From NCBI GenBank assembly GCA_964016885.1, contig OZ024741.1, positions 39,804,001 to 39,868,000 of the forward strand: a DNA stretch of 64,000 nucleotides, given 5' to 3'. A program made the position numbers and the translations under genes. Below are positions 45,162-62,598 of the stretch, one piece after another. Within the stretch, counting starts at the first letter, position 1. Every line of letters begins with the position of its first letter. The notes under the pieces were generated by a model. That model did not search any database and was not told the origin of the DNA. It worked only from the letters and a program-made list of their open reading frames with translations. The stretch is from Eledone cirrhosa. Taxonomy: Eukaryota.

Positions 45162-46296
45162 GTACAAGATTTAAAACCTAACACGGTGATACAATTACAC
45201 GGACTTAATAGTTTCACGCTTGTGAAACTATATATATATACAGAGAGAGAGAGAGGGAGAGAGAGAGGGGGGGGGGGGGAGACGAACGAGAGAGATAATT
45301 CAAATCAAAGTTAGTCTTCTCAAGATTTGAACCTAGAAAAGATAAATATGCATAATTATTCTTTGGTAAAAGTATATCAATATTAAATTTTAAAATAGTA
45401 AAATCATTTATATACCACCCTTTATGATGTATAAGTATGGACCCGTAACCTCTGATAGTGTAATAGGGGTGATGTAATGATATAAAGCATTTTGGATGAC
45501 CTTTTTAAAACTTGCTGGAGCCCACCCTTCTCTAGGTTTGAACACAGCCGATTACTTTCAGAGGAGATAGGAAATGAGAAAGAGATATAGAGCAAGAATC
45601 TACCGCTGTACTGAACTGATTAAGGATGAGTTGTCGATTTCGAAATGATGAAGAGTAAAGTTGACCTCTGCGAGATTTAAACTCAAAGAACGTAGACAGC
45701 CGAAACGAATATCACAAAGTATTCTATTAAATGTTCTAATAACTCTGCTATTTTACCACCCTGTGTGATACATTATAGAATTGTGAAAGCGGCTCTAGTA
45801 CCCTGGAATGATGAATTGTAAAGCAAATCTCGATTTGATTTGAACAGAGGATCTGACGTTCAAATGGTTTTTCGTGCAACAAATAGAATTTTCATTATGT
45901 TTGATAAACGCCTTCTCCATCCTGTCCGCCGGGGCTGTGGGGAGGCCAGCACGTGGGACCCCATTTGCTCACCATACGGATTAATAGGCAAAGTTATAAA
46001 CTATTGTAAATAAATAATTATTGTGGCTTGCTTTAAAAAAAAAAAAGCATTTGTCTAATGACTCCATTTATCCCATAAAATATGTATAACATAGCTACAG
46101 AAAGGTACCAACTAAAGTTGTAGCATTTACTGTAGAAAACACTAAAAGGTGGAATAGAACAGCAATATATTTGGTGATTAAGTCCATATTGGGTTTTTTC
46201 CAACATGTTATCTTATTAATAATAGCATAGGCCATGCTAGAGCATTGACATCGTGTCTCTCTGAGCGTTGGTGGAGAAAGTCATCCAAAAGAATGA

Positions 46297-46327
<31 letters not shown>

Positions 46328-46480
46328 GATACACGGTGTATATGATTGTGTATAGAAGATTATATTAATAAAAGGAATTCCAACTTTGTCTGATTTACTC
46401 ATTTTATTTACAATCCTTTAACATTTATAATGGTATTAGAATGAAATAGTATGGTAGAATATTAAATGTTAAGTGTTAAT

Positions 46481-46517
46481 TGAACAAATACTCATGCTTT
46501 CGCAATCTTCAGGTTCA
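46481..46517 (-). ncRNA. Hammerhead-like motif lacking stem II
   Basis: Reverse complement: tgaac-CTGAAGA-ttgc-GAAA-gcatgagtat-TT-gttca. Confidence 0.55.
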
Positions 46518-46572
46518 TATTCTGTGGTGACAGTCAAGTTTGCAATTTTCAACTGTTGAACATTGCAAACTT

Positions 46573-46615
<43 letters not shown>

Positions 46616-46679
46616 TATATATGAATGTATATATATATATATATATTCATACACACACACACATATATATATACGTATG

Positions 46680-46860
<181 letters not shown>

Positions 46861-46861
46861 G

Positions 46862-47013
<152 letters not shown>

Positions 47014-47075
47014 GAGAGGGGAAGGTAGCTAGATAGATAGATAACCATACTCACACACATATAAACACACAAATG

Positions 47076-47167
<92 letters not shown>

Positions 47168-47682
47168 TACACACCCACAGAAAGAAATGAACACACACGC
47201 AATCACATATAGGCGGACGCCATGTGCTAGGATTTACGTAAACACTGGTTTGACAAGCAATCTAGACATAGTCATAAGTAAAGGTAGGATTATAGGCGAC
47301 TGTTGACAACTGCATCATTTCCTACGTTTCTCAGACCGCTGCTATATTCACTCCATGCACCTGTTTATGTAGAATCATTATACTTTCCACAATCAAGCGC
47401 AGCTACTACGCATTTCCTTCTTTCCCTCTTTCTCTCTATCTTCATTCCAACCTTCTTTGTTTTTCTTTTCTCTCTCTCCTACTCGCTCTACTACTGTCTC
47501 TCTCTCTTTCTCTCTACCTCTCTCTCTTTCTTTATTCTTTCTTTCTTTCTGTTTTTTTTTATGCTTTTCTTATCATATTTTAGTGTTTATTTTTAAATTC
47601 CCTCTTTCTAAAATTGTAATTCAGGATCTTTCTCTCAGCACACAAACAAGCACAGACATACACACACACATACGCACACACG

Positions 47683-47776
<94 letters not shown>

Positions 47777-47904
47777 CACACACACACACGCCCGCACACA
47801 CACATGCGCACAGACACACGCCCGCGCGCACCGACACGCAGATACAGACACACACGCACACACACACACATGCACATGTATATATGCATGCGTGTGTGGA
47901 TGTG

Positions 47905-47942
<38 letters not shown>

Positions 47943-47991
47943 AACAGAAATAACAAACCAGACGTCACAATACAATATGGATATTTATATG

Positions 47992-48041
<50 letters not shown>

Positions 48042-48060
48042 TATGTGTGTGTCTGTATAT

Positions 48061-48107
<47 letters not shown>

Positions 48108-48109
48108 CA

Positions 48110-48152
<43 letters not shown>

Positions 48153-48249
48153 CACACGAACGTTTAATTGGGAATATACTCACTTATTTCCTAATGTTTG
48201 TTGAGTGAGTTGGGACTTGGCCCGAGTAACGCGATCAGCTCCGATAAGG

Positions 48250-48392
<143 letters not shown>

Positions 48393-48479
48393 GTATATAT
48401 ATAGATGTTTAAGTTTGGTGGTTTACCATTTGATAGAATTGGTCATACAATGTTAACCATGACGTAATGCGTGTGTGTG

Positions 48480-48530
<51 letters not shown>

Positions 48531-48913
48531 ATGTGTAAGTATTATAAATTATCGGAGCGCTGGTCCATCTGAAATTTTGAAATTGTAGAAATCACAAGAG
48601 CATAGACTGTAACCACAGTCGATTGCTATAAAAGAATAGCTTAGGAATTCGAGTAAACATACCCCTAGAGACGGACAAACACGGCCACCAACTTATCTCT
48701 CTATAGCGGCTGCCGGTCACTTTTTTCTTTCTATTTTGTCCGAACTTCTAAGGTGTTAATTATAGCGATCAACTCTTGTTATTTAATGTTTCTGATTTAC
48801 ACATCCACGCACGCAATACATATAAGGACGTGTGTCACTTAATGTATGCGCTTTATATATGTATATATGTATATATGTATGTGTGTATGTATGTATATGT
48901 GTGTATATATATA

Positions 48914-48947
<34 letters not shown>

Positions 48948-49107
48948 ACGAAGGAAGTGTGGTAAGAAACCAGGTGGACCATAACGCACCAGAGTACTCG
49001 ATACTTTGGGTAGTAGAATGGGTAATAGGAGAAGGTTCAGGACCCCGACGGCAGAGCTCAAGCCGTTTCGACGGCTTGAGATTAGCCGTCGTGGTCCTGA
49101 ACCTTTT

Positions 49108-49143
<36 letters not shown>

Positions 49144-49277
49144 TTGTACAGGACTAGAACTGTTTCATTCGCAAGAAACGAGTCCGGTAGAAGCCATTTC
49201 TATATTAAAAAGTTATACTCTGTTATGTATCGATGTATCGAGTACTTTACTTACTCTCGTTAGCCCTGATTGAAACC

Positions 49278-49367
<90 letters not shown>

Positions 49368-49951
49368 CGCACATATATGTATGTATGTATATGTTTGTGT
49401 GTGTGTATATAATATACATGCAGATATAATTGTTTCTACTTTTGGCACAAGACCACCAACTATTCCAGTGTATTACTGGTACTTTATTTTATCGACCCCG
49501 GAAAGAGGAAAGGTAAAGTTAACCTCGGCGGCATTTGATCTCAGACCCTAAAGGGGCGTAACTCTATGCTGAAAAGTATGACATCCGACCTATGCACTAT
49601 AATAATGAGCACAAATTACCTAACATTTTCAATTATGCGTGCACACACACATACACGCGTGTGCGCAAAAGGATATATTTTTCATGCAGAGTTAAACGAT
49701 GTGTGTGTGTGTATGTATGTATGTGTGTGTGTGTGTGTGTGCGTGTGTGTGTGTGTGACTGTGTAATGTACTGCTGTTTGCTTAAGAATATTACCTCTAA
49801 ACCATTGCACGGTACATTGATAATGTAGTTTAAGTTCCACAAAAACAAGTATTTGATATCAACAACTGTGTTTGTACCAGTGTATATAAGTACGTTTATA
49901 TGTGCATGATATTGTATCTATATATATATGCGTGTGTGTGCGTCTGTGTGT

Positions 49952-50054
<103 letters not shown>

Positions 50055-50347
50055 CGTGCGTGTGTGTTAGTGTAAACAGCATTTCAGAATGTTTAAAATG
50101 TTTGCTTTGCAATCATAAGATTCCGGGTCTATGCCAGCTTCACGATATCTTGGGCAAGCGTCAATACCATAGCCTCGGATGCTGGCGGAAACTGCGTATG
50201 CCCGTCAGATGATCTGGAATTGAAAGGGTCGACTGTGTTACAAATTATATCACCCGGAATCTCCTAGTAAAACTTATGTGTATGAAATGCTCAGTCACTT
50301 GCACAAGTTTCACGAGTGGGCAGTCCTGTTGATGGGTGGAGAGGAGC

Positions 50348-51690
50348 ACTTATTAATGAAATATACTGAGGTACTTATTAACGAATACACTGAGGTACTT
50401 ATTAACGAAATAAACTCAGGTACTTATTAACGAAACATACTGAGATACCTATTAACGAAATATACTGAGGTACTTATTAACAAAATATACTGAGGTACTT
50501 ATTAACGAAATATACTGAGGTACTTATCATCGAAATAAACTCAGGTACTTATCATCGAAATAAACTCAGGTACTTATTAATGAAACATACTGAGGTACTT
50601 ATTAACGAAATATACTGAGGTACTTATTAACGAAATATACTGAGGTACTTATGAACGAAATATACTGAGGTACTTATTAACGAAATATACTGAGGTACTT
50701 ATTAACGAAATATACTGAGGTACTTATTAGCGAAATATACTGAGGTACTTATTAACGAAATAAACTCAAGTACTTATCATCGAAATAAACTCAAGTACTT
50801 ATTAATGAAACATACGGAGGTACTTATTAACGAAATATACTGAGGTACCTATTAACGAAATATACTGAGGTACTTATGAACGAAATATACTGAGGTACTT
50901 ATTAACGAATATACTGAGGTACTTATTAACGAATACACTGAGGTACTTATTAACGAAATAAACTCAGGTACTTATTAACGAAACATACTGAGATACCTAT
51001 TAACGAAATATACTGAGGTACTTATTAACAAAATATACTGAGGTACTTATTAACGAAATATACTGAGGTACTTATCATCGAAATAAACTCAGGTACTTAT
51101 CATCGAAATAAACTCAGGTACTTATTAATGAAACATACTGAGGTACTTATTAACGATATATACTGAGGTACTTATTAACGAAATATACTGAGGTACTTAT
51201 GAACGAAATATACTGAGGTACTTATTAACGAAATATACTGAGGTACTTATTAACGAAATATACTGAGGTACTTATTAGCGAAATATACTGAGGTACTTAT
51301 TAACGAAATAAACTCAAGTACTTATCATCGAAATAAACTCAGGTACTTATTAATGAAACATACAGAGGTACTTATTAACGAAATATACTGAGGTACCTAT
51401 TAACGAAATATACTGAGGTACTTATGAACGAAATATACTGAGGTACTTATGAACGAAATATACTGAGGTACTTATTAACGAATATACTGAGGTACTTATT
51501 AGCGAAATATACTGAGGTACTTATTAACGAAATATACTGAGGTACTTATTAACGAAATATACTGAGGTACTTATTAACGAAATATACTGAGGTACCTATT
51601 AACGAATATACTGAGGTACTTATTAACGAAATATACTGAGGTACCTATTAACGAATATACTGAGGTAGATATTAACTAAATATTCTGAGA
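50348..51690. repeat. 25-bp minisatellite (AACGAAATATACTGAGGTACTTATT), ~53 units, with a ~548-bp higher-order duplication
   Basis: The rare variants gaatacactg, gagatacct, ttagcg and tcatcg recur in the same order at an offset of ~548 (e.g. 50381 and 50929). Confidence 0.9.
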
Positions 51691-51997
51691 TCCATTCATT
51701 CCACATCCTTGCAAATGCGGGGCAGGGTTTATCTGTGTGTGTGATTGTGTGTTGATTTGATTTGATACCTTCTGACAATATTCAGCATTAAAAAAGATTA
51801 GAAAGAAAATGAAAAGGAGAAATCTAAAATCCGAAAATGACAATTAATCAATAAATAAATGAGGAATGGAAAAATTATAATTAGTGGAAGAGTGTGATGT
51901 AAATTAGAACATTCTTAAGAAAATTGTTTCTTTCTATATATCTCAGCAAAATATTTCACTAACGCTCTTAGACTCTCAATGGCTATCTATATATCTG

Positions 51998-52098
<101 letters not shown>

Positions 52099-52406
52099 AC
52101 GTGTGTATATGTATATATATATATATATGTATATGTATGAATATATATATATATATATATATATGAATATATATATATGAATATATATATATATATATGA
52201 ATATATATATGAATATATATATATATGAATATATATATATATATATGAATATATACTCTTTTACTCTTTTACCTGTTTCAGCCATCCGGCTGAGGCCATG
52301 CTGGGGCACCGCCCTTATTCATATATATATATATATATATATGAATATATATATATATATATATATATGAATATATATATCCATTTGTTAATATCGTATA
52401 TATATA

Positions 52407-52437
<31 letters not shown>

Positions 52438-52678
52438 GTATGTGTATGAATTATTTTCTCACGAGTCAGTTCTTTCGTTGCTACGGACCCCGGCTAAATT
52501 ACCGATCGCTGTCTTCATTTTGCAAATCCCTTTAAACTGTGTTATTAGTCTGAGGTCCTATACCTTGTCGAGTGCTTGGCTGAGTATACCTTGTCGAGTG
52601 CTTGGCTGCACTGCTGAATGCATTCGTCGGCTTAGCTGAGGCTCTGGCTTCGAATATGCTGTACTTCCATTTGTACAT

Positions 52679-52788
<110 letters not shown>

Positions 52789-53024
52789 TAATAAAAGGAA
52801 TTCCAACTTTGTCTGATTTACTCGTTTTATTTACAATCCTTTAAAATTTATAATGGTATTATAATGAAATAGTATGGTAGAATATTAAATGTTAAGTGTT
52901 AATTGAACAAGTACTTTCATGCTTTCGCAATCTTCAGGTTTATATTGTGTGGTGACAGTCAAGTTTGCAATTTTCAACTGTGTGTGTGTGTGAAAATTGC
53001 AAACTTGACTGTCACCACACAATA

Positions 53025-53063
53025 TGAACCTGAAGATTGAGAAAGCATGAAAGTACTTGTTCA
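53025..53063 (+). ncRNA. Hammerhead-like motif lacking stem II (inverted partner at 52904-52942)
   Basis: tgaac-CTGAAGA-ttga-GAAA-gcat(gaaa)gtac-TT-gttca. Confidence 0.55.
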
Positions 53064-53227
53064 ATTAACACTTAACATTTAATATTCTACCATACTATTT
53101 CATTCTAATACCATTATAAATTTTAAAGGGTTGTAAATAAAACGAGTAAATCAGACAAAGTTGGAATTCCTTTTATTAATATAATCTTCTATACACAATC
53201 ATACACACCCGTATATATTTCTCTCTG

Positions 53228-53361
<134 letters not shown>

Positions 53362-53545
53362 TTGAGGTTTTTTTTACAAAATGAAAAATAACCGAGGTGT
53401 CCTACACGAGTGAAAGTATAAAGTAAAAAAGATGAAATCGAAAATGCAACTGGAGTCTTATTTTTAAAAGAATATATATATTTATTTGGTCTGTGGTTTT
53501 TCTCACAGTTGTGAGAAAAACCACAGACCCTCCATCTCAACTCTA

Positions 53546-53581
53546 CTTTTGAAAAGCAGAAGAACTGCGAAACCGGTAAAG
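53546..53581 (+). ncRNA. Decayed hammerhead motif
   Basis: ctt-TTGAAAA-gcag(aagaa)ctgc-GAAA-ccgg-TA-aag: two core transitions, stems intact, palindromic stem III ACCGGT. Confidence 0.55.
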
Positions 53582-53653
53582 GAACCAAATAAATATATAT
53601 ATTGTTTTAAAAATGAGACTCCAGTTGCATTTTCGATTTCATCTTTTTTTCTT

Positions 53654-53691
<38 letters not shown>

Positions 53692-53766
53692 GGTATATAT
53701 ATATACATATGTTTATACATATATATTTATATATGTCTGTCTGTATATCTATTGAGGCAAATGAAG

Positions 53767-53836
<70 letters not shown>

Positions 53837-53870
53837 ATCGATCAATCTACTATAAGTAACTTTCTCTCTC

Positions 53871-53959
<89 letters not shown>

Positions 53960-54968
53960 TGTGTGTTTATGTCTACGCGTCTACAATGTAACTTTCTATT
54001 TATCTATCCTTCTATCTGTTATCTTTTGACCAATTTTTCTATATATTTATATATTTAAATATGTGTAGACGTGTGTGTATATTTTTGTATATATGCATCA
54101 ATGTGTGTGTGTCCGTATTTATGCACGTGTGTGTGTTTCGTGTTTGTATACGTGTGCACATGTTTGTGTATTCGTGTCAGTAGATGTATGCGTATGTGTG
54201 AGTGTGTGTATATTTGTGTGTGCGTATTTGAGGGTGTGTGTGAGTGTGATTGTTTGTGAGTGCGTGTGTGAGTCTGTATGAGTCTGTGGGTGAGTGTGTA
54301 TATATGGGTATGTGTGAGCAAGTGTGTATTTGTTTTGAGTGTGTGTGTGTCTGTGTGAGTGAGTATATATATATATATATGTGTATATGTGAGCATGTGT
54401 GTTTGTGAGTGTGTGTGTGTGAGTCTGTGCGTGAGTCAGTATATATGTGTATATGTGAGCATGTGTGTGTTTGTGAGGAGTCTGTGCGTGAGTGAGTATG
54501 TGAGTATATATGTGTATATGTGAGCATGTATGTGTTTGTGAGTGTGTATGTGAGTCTGTGCGTGAGTGTATATATGTGTATATGTGAGCATGGGTGTGTT
54601 TGTGAATGCGTGTGTGAGTCTGTATGAGTCTCTGCTTGTGTCTGCATGTATATGTGAACGTGTGTGTGTGTGTTTGTGAGTGTGTAGGCGAGTGTGTAGG
54701 CGAGTGTATATATATGTGTATATGTGAACGTGTGTGTGTGTGTTTGTGAGTGTGTAGGCGAGTGTATATATATGTGTATATGTGAACGTGTGTGTGAGTG
54801 TGTGTGTGAGTGTGTATGTATAGTGAAGTAATGTGGCAGTTTAGTAATCAGTGATCCGAGGTGAAGATTAAAGCATCATTAGTCATTAGTCAGTAAATAC
54901 TGAATATTAATCAGGTAGAAATCATAAATAATCACTAATGAAGCGTGTCAAATGAGATAGAGAGAGAG

Positions 54969-55019
<51 letters not shown>

Positions 55020-55064
55020 GAGAGAGATGAAGAGAGAGAGCGTGAGAGTGAGATAGAGTTAGAG

Positions 55065-55095
<31 letters not shown>

Positions 55096-55310
55096 GATGG
55101 AGAGAGAGATGAGGAGAGAGAAAGCGAGAGAGATAGAGAGAAAGAGTGAGAGAGAGAGAGAGTGAGAGAGATAGAGATAGATAGATAGATAGATAGAGAG
55201 TGAGAGAGATAGAGATAGATAGATAGATAAATAGATAGAGAGAGAGAGAGAGTGAGATTAAGTGAGAAACAAAGTGTGGCCTCCTATCCGTGGTATTAGG
55301 TAATAGTGCA

Positions 55311-55344
<34 letters not shown>

Positions 55345-55837
55345 CGACACAAGGTCACACATTTGAATATGTGCGCATGCGTATTTGCGTGTATTTATGC
55401 ATGCATATATAAATGTTGTAAATATGCGTGGCTTAGCAGCTAGGTATGATTGGTTGACAATGGCAAGGTCAGGAGTTCGATTCCTGGTGAAAGGTTCTAT
55501 ACTTGTCCTAGGCACCTTATTTCACCCTATCTCACTCAGCAGACAAAGATGTATTTCAAAGGTCCCTCACACCCTCTCACGTCGAATTTCCCCGAGAACT
55601 ACGTTAAGGATGGACGAGTCTGTGGAATGCTCAGACACTAGCATGTTAGATTTATAATCAAGATTTTTCCGTTCGTCGTCGGAAACCTTGTAGTTCCAAT
55701 ACAAATACACACATCTATGTGTGTATGTGTATTTCTGTGTGTGTGGTGTTTCTGTGTATGTGTATTGCTGTGTGTGTGTGTGTGTGTATGTGTATTTCTC
55801 TGTGTGTGGTGTTTCTGTGCATGTGTATATGTGTATG

Positions 55838-55896
<59 letters not shown>

Positions 55897-56058
55897 GTGT
55901 GCGTGTGTGTGCATGTGTGTGCATGTGTGTGTACAGGGGGAAATCAAGAGGTGGTCACTTGTAGTTTCGTGGGGGGGGGGGCAAGGAGATAACGCTGACA
56001 GAGTTGATAAGATGTCCTCTGACGGGATTTAGGAGGAGGAGGTGGGGATGGGAGGATT

Positions 56059-56097
<39 letters not shown>

Positions 56098-56150
56098 ATA
56101 GTAATAGTAGCAGTAGTGGTGGTGGTGGTGGTAGTAGTAGTAAGGGTGGA

Positions 56151-56211
<61 letters not shown>

Positions 56212-56449
56212 ATAGTGGTGTTAGTGGTAGTAGTAGTAGTAAGAGGAAGAGGAAGGTGATGACGAGAAGAAGAAGAAGAAGATGATAATCCTGAGATAGA
56301 TGATGATGATGATGATGATGTAACTCCTATACTGCACTGATTGCCAGGCTTACGGTCTTCAATATTATAACATTCTCGAACAAACCATACACACATACAC
56401 ACATACACGCACATACACACATACACGCACAGGCGTAGGTATGTGTGTG

Positions 56450-56488
<39 letters not shown>

Positions 56489-58464
56489 GTAGAGCAAATA
56501 TTTATTAAAAGAACAGATTTAAGTTTAAGCAAAGAATCGCTGATATATATATACATAATATATATACATAATATATATATATATATATATAGGAACGAGT
56601 AGGACCCCGACGGCTGAGCTCAAGCCGTTTCGATGGCTAATTCTGGACTCAATGTTAACCTCGGCGGGATTTGAACTCAGACCATAAAGGGCCGTAACTC
56701 TATGCGTGAAAGCATGGCGTCCGACCTTCTACCGATACTGCCAGTATGCGTGCATGCATGTATGTTCGACTACAGTAGCAGACAACCACAACTCTCATTC
56801 ACGCCACACGTTGTAGCTTTCATAATCTGTGGTCCGATAATTGACGGATTTGTTCTGGCTACAAGTAAAATCTTAATCTCTAAGTGGAATTCAATCACCG
56901 ATTGCAAAATGCCGGAACAGATACCACAAAGCATCTTAACCAAGCCTCTATTATTTCTACAAACCCACCACCATAGATTGGCACTCTATATGATCAAACC
57001 CGAAATGATGAAAAACAAAGTTGAACCCAACGGAATTTCATTCGTAATTTAAAGAGACGGGACAAATACCCAGAGATCATTGGTCAAAGGATTGTCGATC
57101 TTCTAAATTAAAACAGAAATTATCCATGTACTAGTTTTTCCTGTTACTGATTAACATATCGATCGCAACACTTGATAGGAGGGTTTAGAATTTGTTTTCT
57201 GTTTACATATCAGAGGAGGTGAGATTGGAAGTGAAAATTCACAGAACCAGAATAGATAGAAGGCAACCCTCTTGACATTCTACTACTCCAGTCAATCTCT
57301 CACACCTCTCACCTTGTATTTTATTTATTGATATCACCTCCATGCGGTGGCTCTAGAGAAAGCATTTGTTATAATGCTTTGCAAACAAGGCTCTGTGTAT
57401 GAAAACCTATATTGATAAATGATAATGATATGCATGCATACATGGTATGGTTGGTACCGTAACACCTGTAGGAGTTTTTCTTGGACATTTTTGAAAGCCT
57501 GGTGGTCTGAATACAGTAGATTTCATCCGGAGAAGGATAGAAAGTGAGAGAGAGGAAATGAGAATGAAATACAGAGGAAGAATCTATCCCAGTACTTGAC
57601 TGGTACTTTTTATCGACCTTAAATGGATGAAAGACAAAGTTGACCTCGGAGATATTTGAACTCAGAGAGAATAGAGAACCGAAAGGAAACTTGCAAAGCA
57701 TTTTATCCGACGTTCTAACAACTCTTCCAATTCGCCGTCTACATGCATATATTTACAGTATATACAGATATATACATATACGGTATATACAGACAGGCAT
57801 ACATACATGTCAAGACTGTTCATCGCATATCAGCTGACCTTCAGACATGATGGGGTATGAAAAAAAAAAGAATGAAAGGCACATTTCTCATCGGTGCAAT
57901 TTTAGTTCAGAGCTCAATGAGCCGGAACATAAAGCATGTGATATTCTGTCCGATGATCTAACGATTTTTATCATATCCTTGTTATATGCGTATACTACTG
58001 TAGCATATTCGATCCAATGAGGATGCATCTATGACGTGAAGCTATGTGCGAGAAACAGCAGCTAAATATCCCTCGAATTATATTCTACTGTCGTAAGAAA
58101 GTATAGTTCACATAAATAAAATTCACAATGAATTCTCGTCGTCTTTGGCTTGTTAAGATCATCAATCACGTGAAATGATTGATCAAATTTACAATTGTCT
58201 ATTTCATATGATTTTTCATAGGAATTTTGAGGTCACAATATTGTAGTTGATTGATTCATTTTCAAGTCCCGCCCAGGCAGTTTCTTACAAGAGAATTAAT
58301 AAAGAACAAAAACAAAACCAGTCAAAGATATTTTAGCAGATGGTAAAGACATCAGTTTTATAAGCTATAAAAAGCTTAAGGAATAAAATACTTTTGACTC
58401 ATCTTTCTCTCTCTGCAATTTCACATATACATACATACATATATGTGTATATATACATACACAC

Positions 58465-58568
<104 letters not shown>

Positions 58569-58588
58569 GTATGTATATGTGAAATTGC

Positions 58589-58620
<32 letters not shown>

Positions 58621-59575
58621 ATGTGAAATTGTATATATATATATATATTTCTATATATATATATATATATACATACACACACACACACATATATATATAT
58701 ATATTTTATGTATAAAAACATATATTACATACATTAGTATATATATATATATATATATATACTAATGTATATAATATATGTTTTTATACATAAAAATATA
58801 TGTGCGAATATGTGCGTAGGTTAAAAAGTGTGTAATTATGTATATGTATGCACATTCAATTCACATACACACAAACACACATGCGAGACATGTATGCGTA
58901 TAAAATATACATATGAGAGCACTGTATATATATATATATAGAGAGAGAGAGAGTGAGATATATATGTTTGTGTCTAAATTCATTTGAACTATAGTACTCT
59001 TTGATCTTCTGTTTTAATAGCTGTTTGATGAAGTTGTTTGACGAAAACGAAATCATTTCTATTATTTGGTCGTTACTCTTCGCCTCTTTTATATTTATTT
59101 ATGCGTTTATGCACCCCCACCACCCACCATTCTCCACAGTATTCGTCTCTACTATATTTATTTCTTTTTCTTCCTTTTTCTCTATTATTATTTTATTTTC
59201 AAAATGTCGGTTTTGTCAAATCACGCTCTTCTCAAATGTTGTCAGGCTTCATTTAATATTTCTTTGCTCTAATCTCTTAAGACAACTACTAACAGAACTG
59301 ACGAAACATAATACTCCGTGGACGTTTCTAGTTTGCTTCGACTTCTTTATTGTTATAGTTGTATTTTAGTTTTTCTTGTTGATCCTGTTGTATGATTTTT
59401 TTGTTATTTTGTTTGCCTTATGTATGACCGCGTGTGTAAACCGTTCGGAGCCATTCGTTAGTAGTGATTGTGAGTTTTCCCAACTTTTCATTCCATGTGT
59501 TTGTGAAGTAAGGAAGTATACACACTCATACGCGTACAAACACACACCCACACTCACACACACACACACTCAAAC

Positions 59576-59612
<37 letters not shown>

Positions 59613-59671
59613 AATACATACACACTCACAAACACACACACATACACATATATATATATATATACAAACAT

Positions 59672-59815
<144 letters not shown>

Positions 59816-59822
59816 GTATATA

Positions 59823-59919
<97 letters not shown>

Positions 59920-59932
59920 ATGTATATATATA

Positions 59933-59980
<48 letters not shown>

Positions 59981-60371
59981 GATAGGATCTAGTTGTCTTT
60001 TGTTATTTAGTTATTGTTTGTTGTTGTTTTTTGTGTGTGTTTTTTATATATTGTTTTTCTTCCTGTTGTTGTGAAAAAGGAAATTGTGTTATTGCAATGG
60101 TATGGCTGAACCTTAGATATGGCAAGGGGTGTTGGGAGGTGAGCAACTGGATTAGGAGATGAACTTTCCTCTCAGAAGTCCCCCACACATAATTTAACAA
60201 AAAAAAAAACAACACTTTTTTCCCCTTAGCCCTAGACTGAAAGACAAGCATGTACATCCACACGTATATACAACAATCATATTGACGTGGTCACACACAT
60301 ATTCACGTGCACGAGTGTGTTCATGAGGGTTCATGTCAGGACACAGTCCTAAGTACAACAAAATATATATA

Positions 60372-60528
<157 letters not shown>

Positions 60529-60529
60529 G

Positions 60530-60770
<241 letters not shown>

Positions 60771-60779
60771 GTATGTATG

Positions 60780-60896
<117 letters not shown>

Positions 60897-62157
60897 GTTT
60901 GTGTGTGTGTTTGTGTTTATGTGTGTCTTAATGTGTGTGGGTGTATATACATATATGTATGTGTATTTATGATTTATATATATATTTACATATATACACG
61001 TAATATTAGATATATATATATATAAATATATATAAATATAATTCAAAGATTGTTTGTAGGCTTCACCAGTGAGTCGGTTTGCCGTAGTGAACATTTTCGG
61101 ACAAAAGGCTTTCGACTGGGTCGTACAAATATGTACTCGTAGCGCTACCTAAATCTACGAAGCTGCCGTATATGTTTAACTTACTTACCAGAGGTTGCTA
61201 ATACACAAATTCTTCTCAGATTAACCAGTTTTTTGCCCTCAATAACATCTCATGATATACACTGATTTCTCATTTTAATTTCATTTTGATCCACCGAGGT
61301 CAACTTTCATCCTTTCCGTGTCGATAAATAAAACACCATTTTAGAGGTCAGTGTATTGGCGGGATTGTTACAAAGTCGGACGGGAATTCCTTGCTGTATA
61401 TGTTCCGGCTCTGTGTGTTCTGAGTTCATATCCCGCTCCCTATCAACAGAAAAGCGGTGGAATATATACCAGATGTGGTAGAAACAATGACAATAAACCA
61501 ATGGAAAACACAGTTCCCTTGTTCCAATTTCAATGTCAGCCCCTTTCGTTTTTCTAACCAAGGCTTAGGACCAAACATTAACAACCGATGATGTTAATCC
61601 CAGTACTTCACCCGTACTTCATATGATCTCTCCACGGAATGAATACGAAGAAACAAGGACAGAATGAATGAAAGAGGGAAGGAAAGTGTGTAAGAAAGAA
61701 AGAAAGAAAGAAAGAAAGACAGAATGAATGAAAGAGGGAAGGAAAGTGAGTAAGAACGAAAGAAAGAAAGAAACAAAGAAAGAAAGAAGGAAAGAAGAAA
61801 TGAAAGATGGAAAAGCAAACAGAAATTAAGTAACAAAGAAAAAGGGGAAGAAAGAAAGAATGAATGAAAGAGGGAAAGAAAAAGAGAAAGAAAGAAATTA
61901 AGTAAAAAAGAAAAAAATGAAAAAAAGTGAAAAGATTGAAGAAAAGAAAAAAGAAAGCAAGAAGGAAAGAAGGAAAAACGAAAGAAAAGAAAGAACGTAA
62001 GAAAAGAAAAAACGAAAGAAAACAAAGAACGAAAGAAAACAAAGAACGAAAGAAAAGCAAGAACGAAATAAACAATGAATGATTTCAAGGAGAAAAGAAA
62101 AAAGAAAGAATTAAAATAAGAATATATTGGAACTGAATTCAATAGGAGAGAGAATTG

Positions 62158-62188
<31 letters not shown>

Positions 62189-62552
62189 GGGCAATATTGA
62201 ATATATATCGATGGAATCACATGAGATTGCTTGGCTATGTAACGTTAAACATGGCATCGCCCTCCTCAAATTAATCCTTCTTACTGCTTTTGACAATATT
62301 AAAATCTTTTATTTCCCATTAGGATGAAGAGAACTTTCATCGTTTCACTTTCACTTTACAGATTTCAACAATGATCTTGTCTTGTTTAAACAAAGGTTAG
62401 CCGCCACCACCCACCACCGCTCCGTCGTCGTCATCATCATCATCACCATCAACATCATCATCATTATCAACAATATCGTCATCATAATTGTCATCAACGT
62501 CATCATCATCATTGATGTCCGCCTCATCATCATCATCATCATATTATCATCA

Positions 62553-62598
<46 letters not shown>

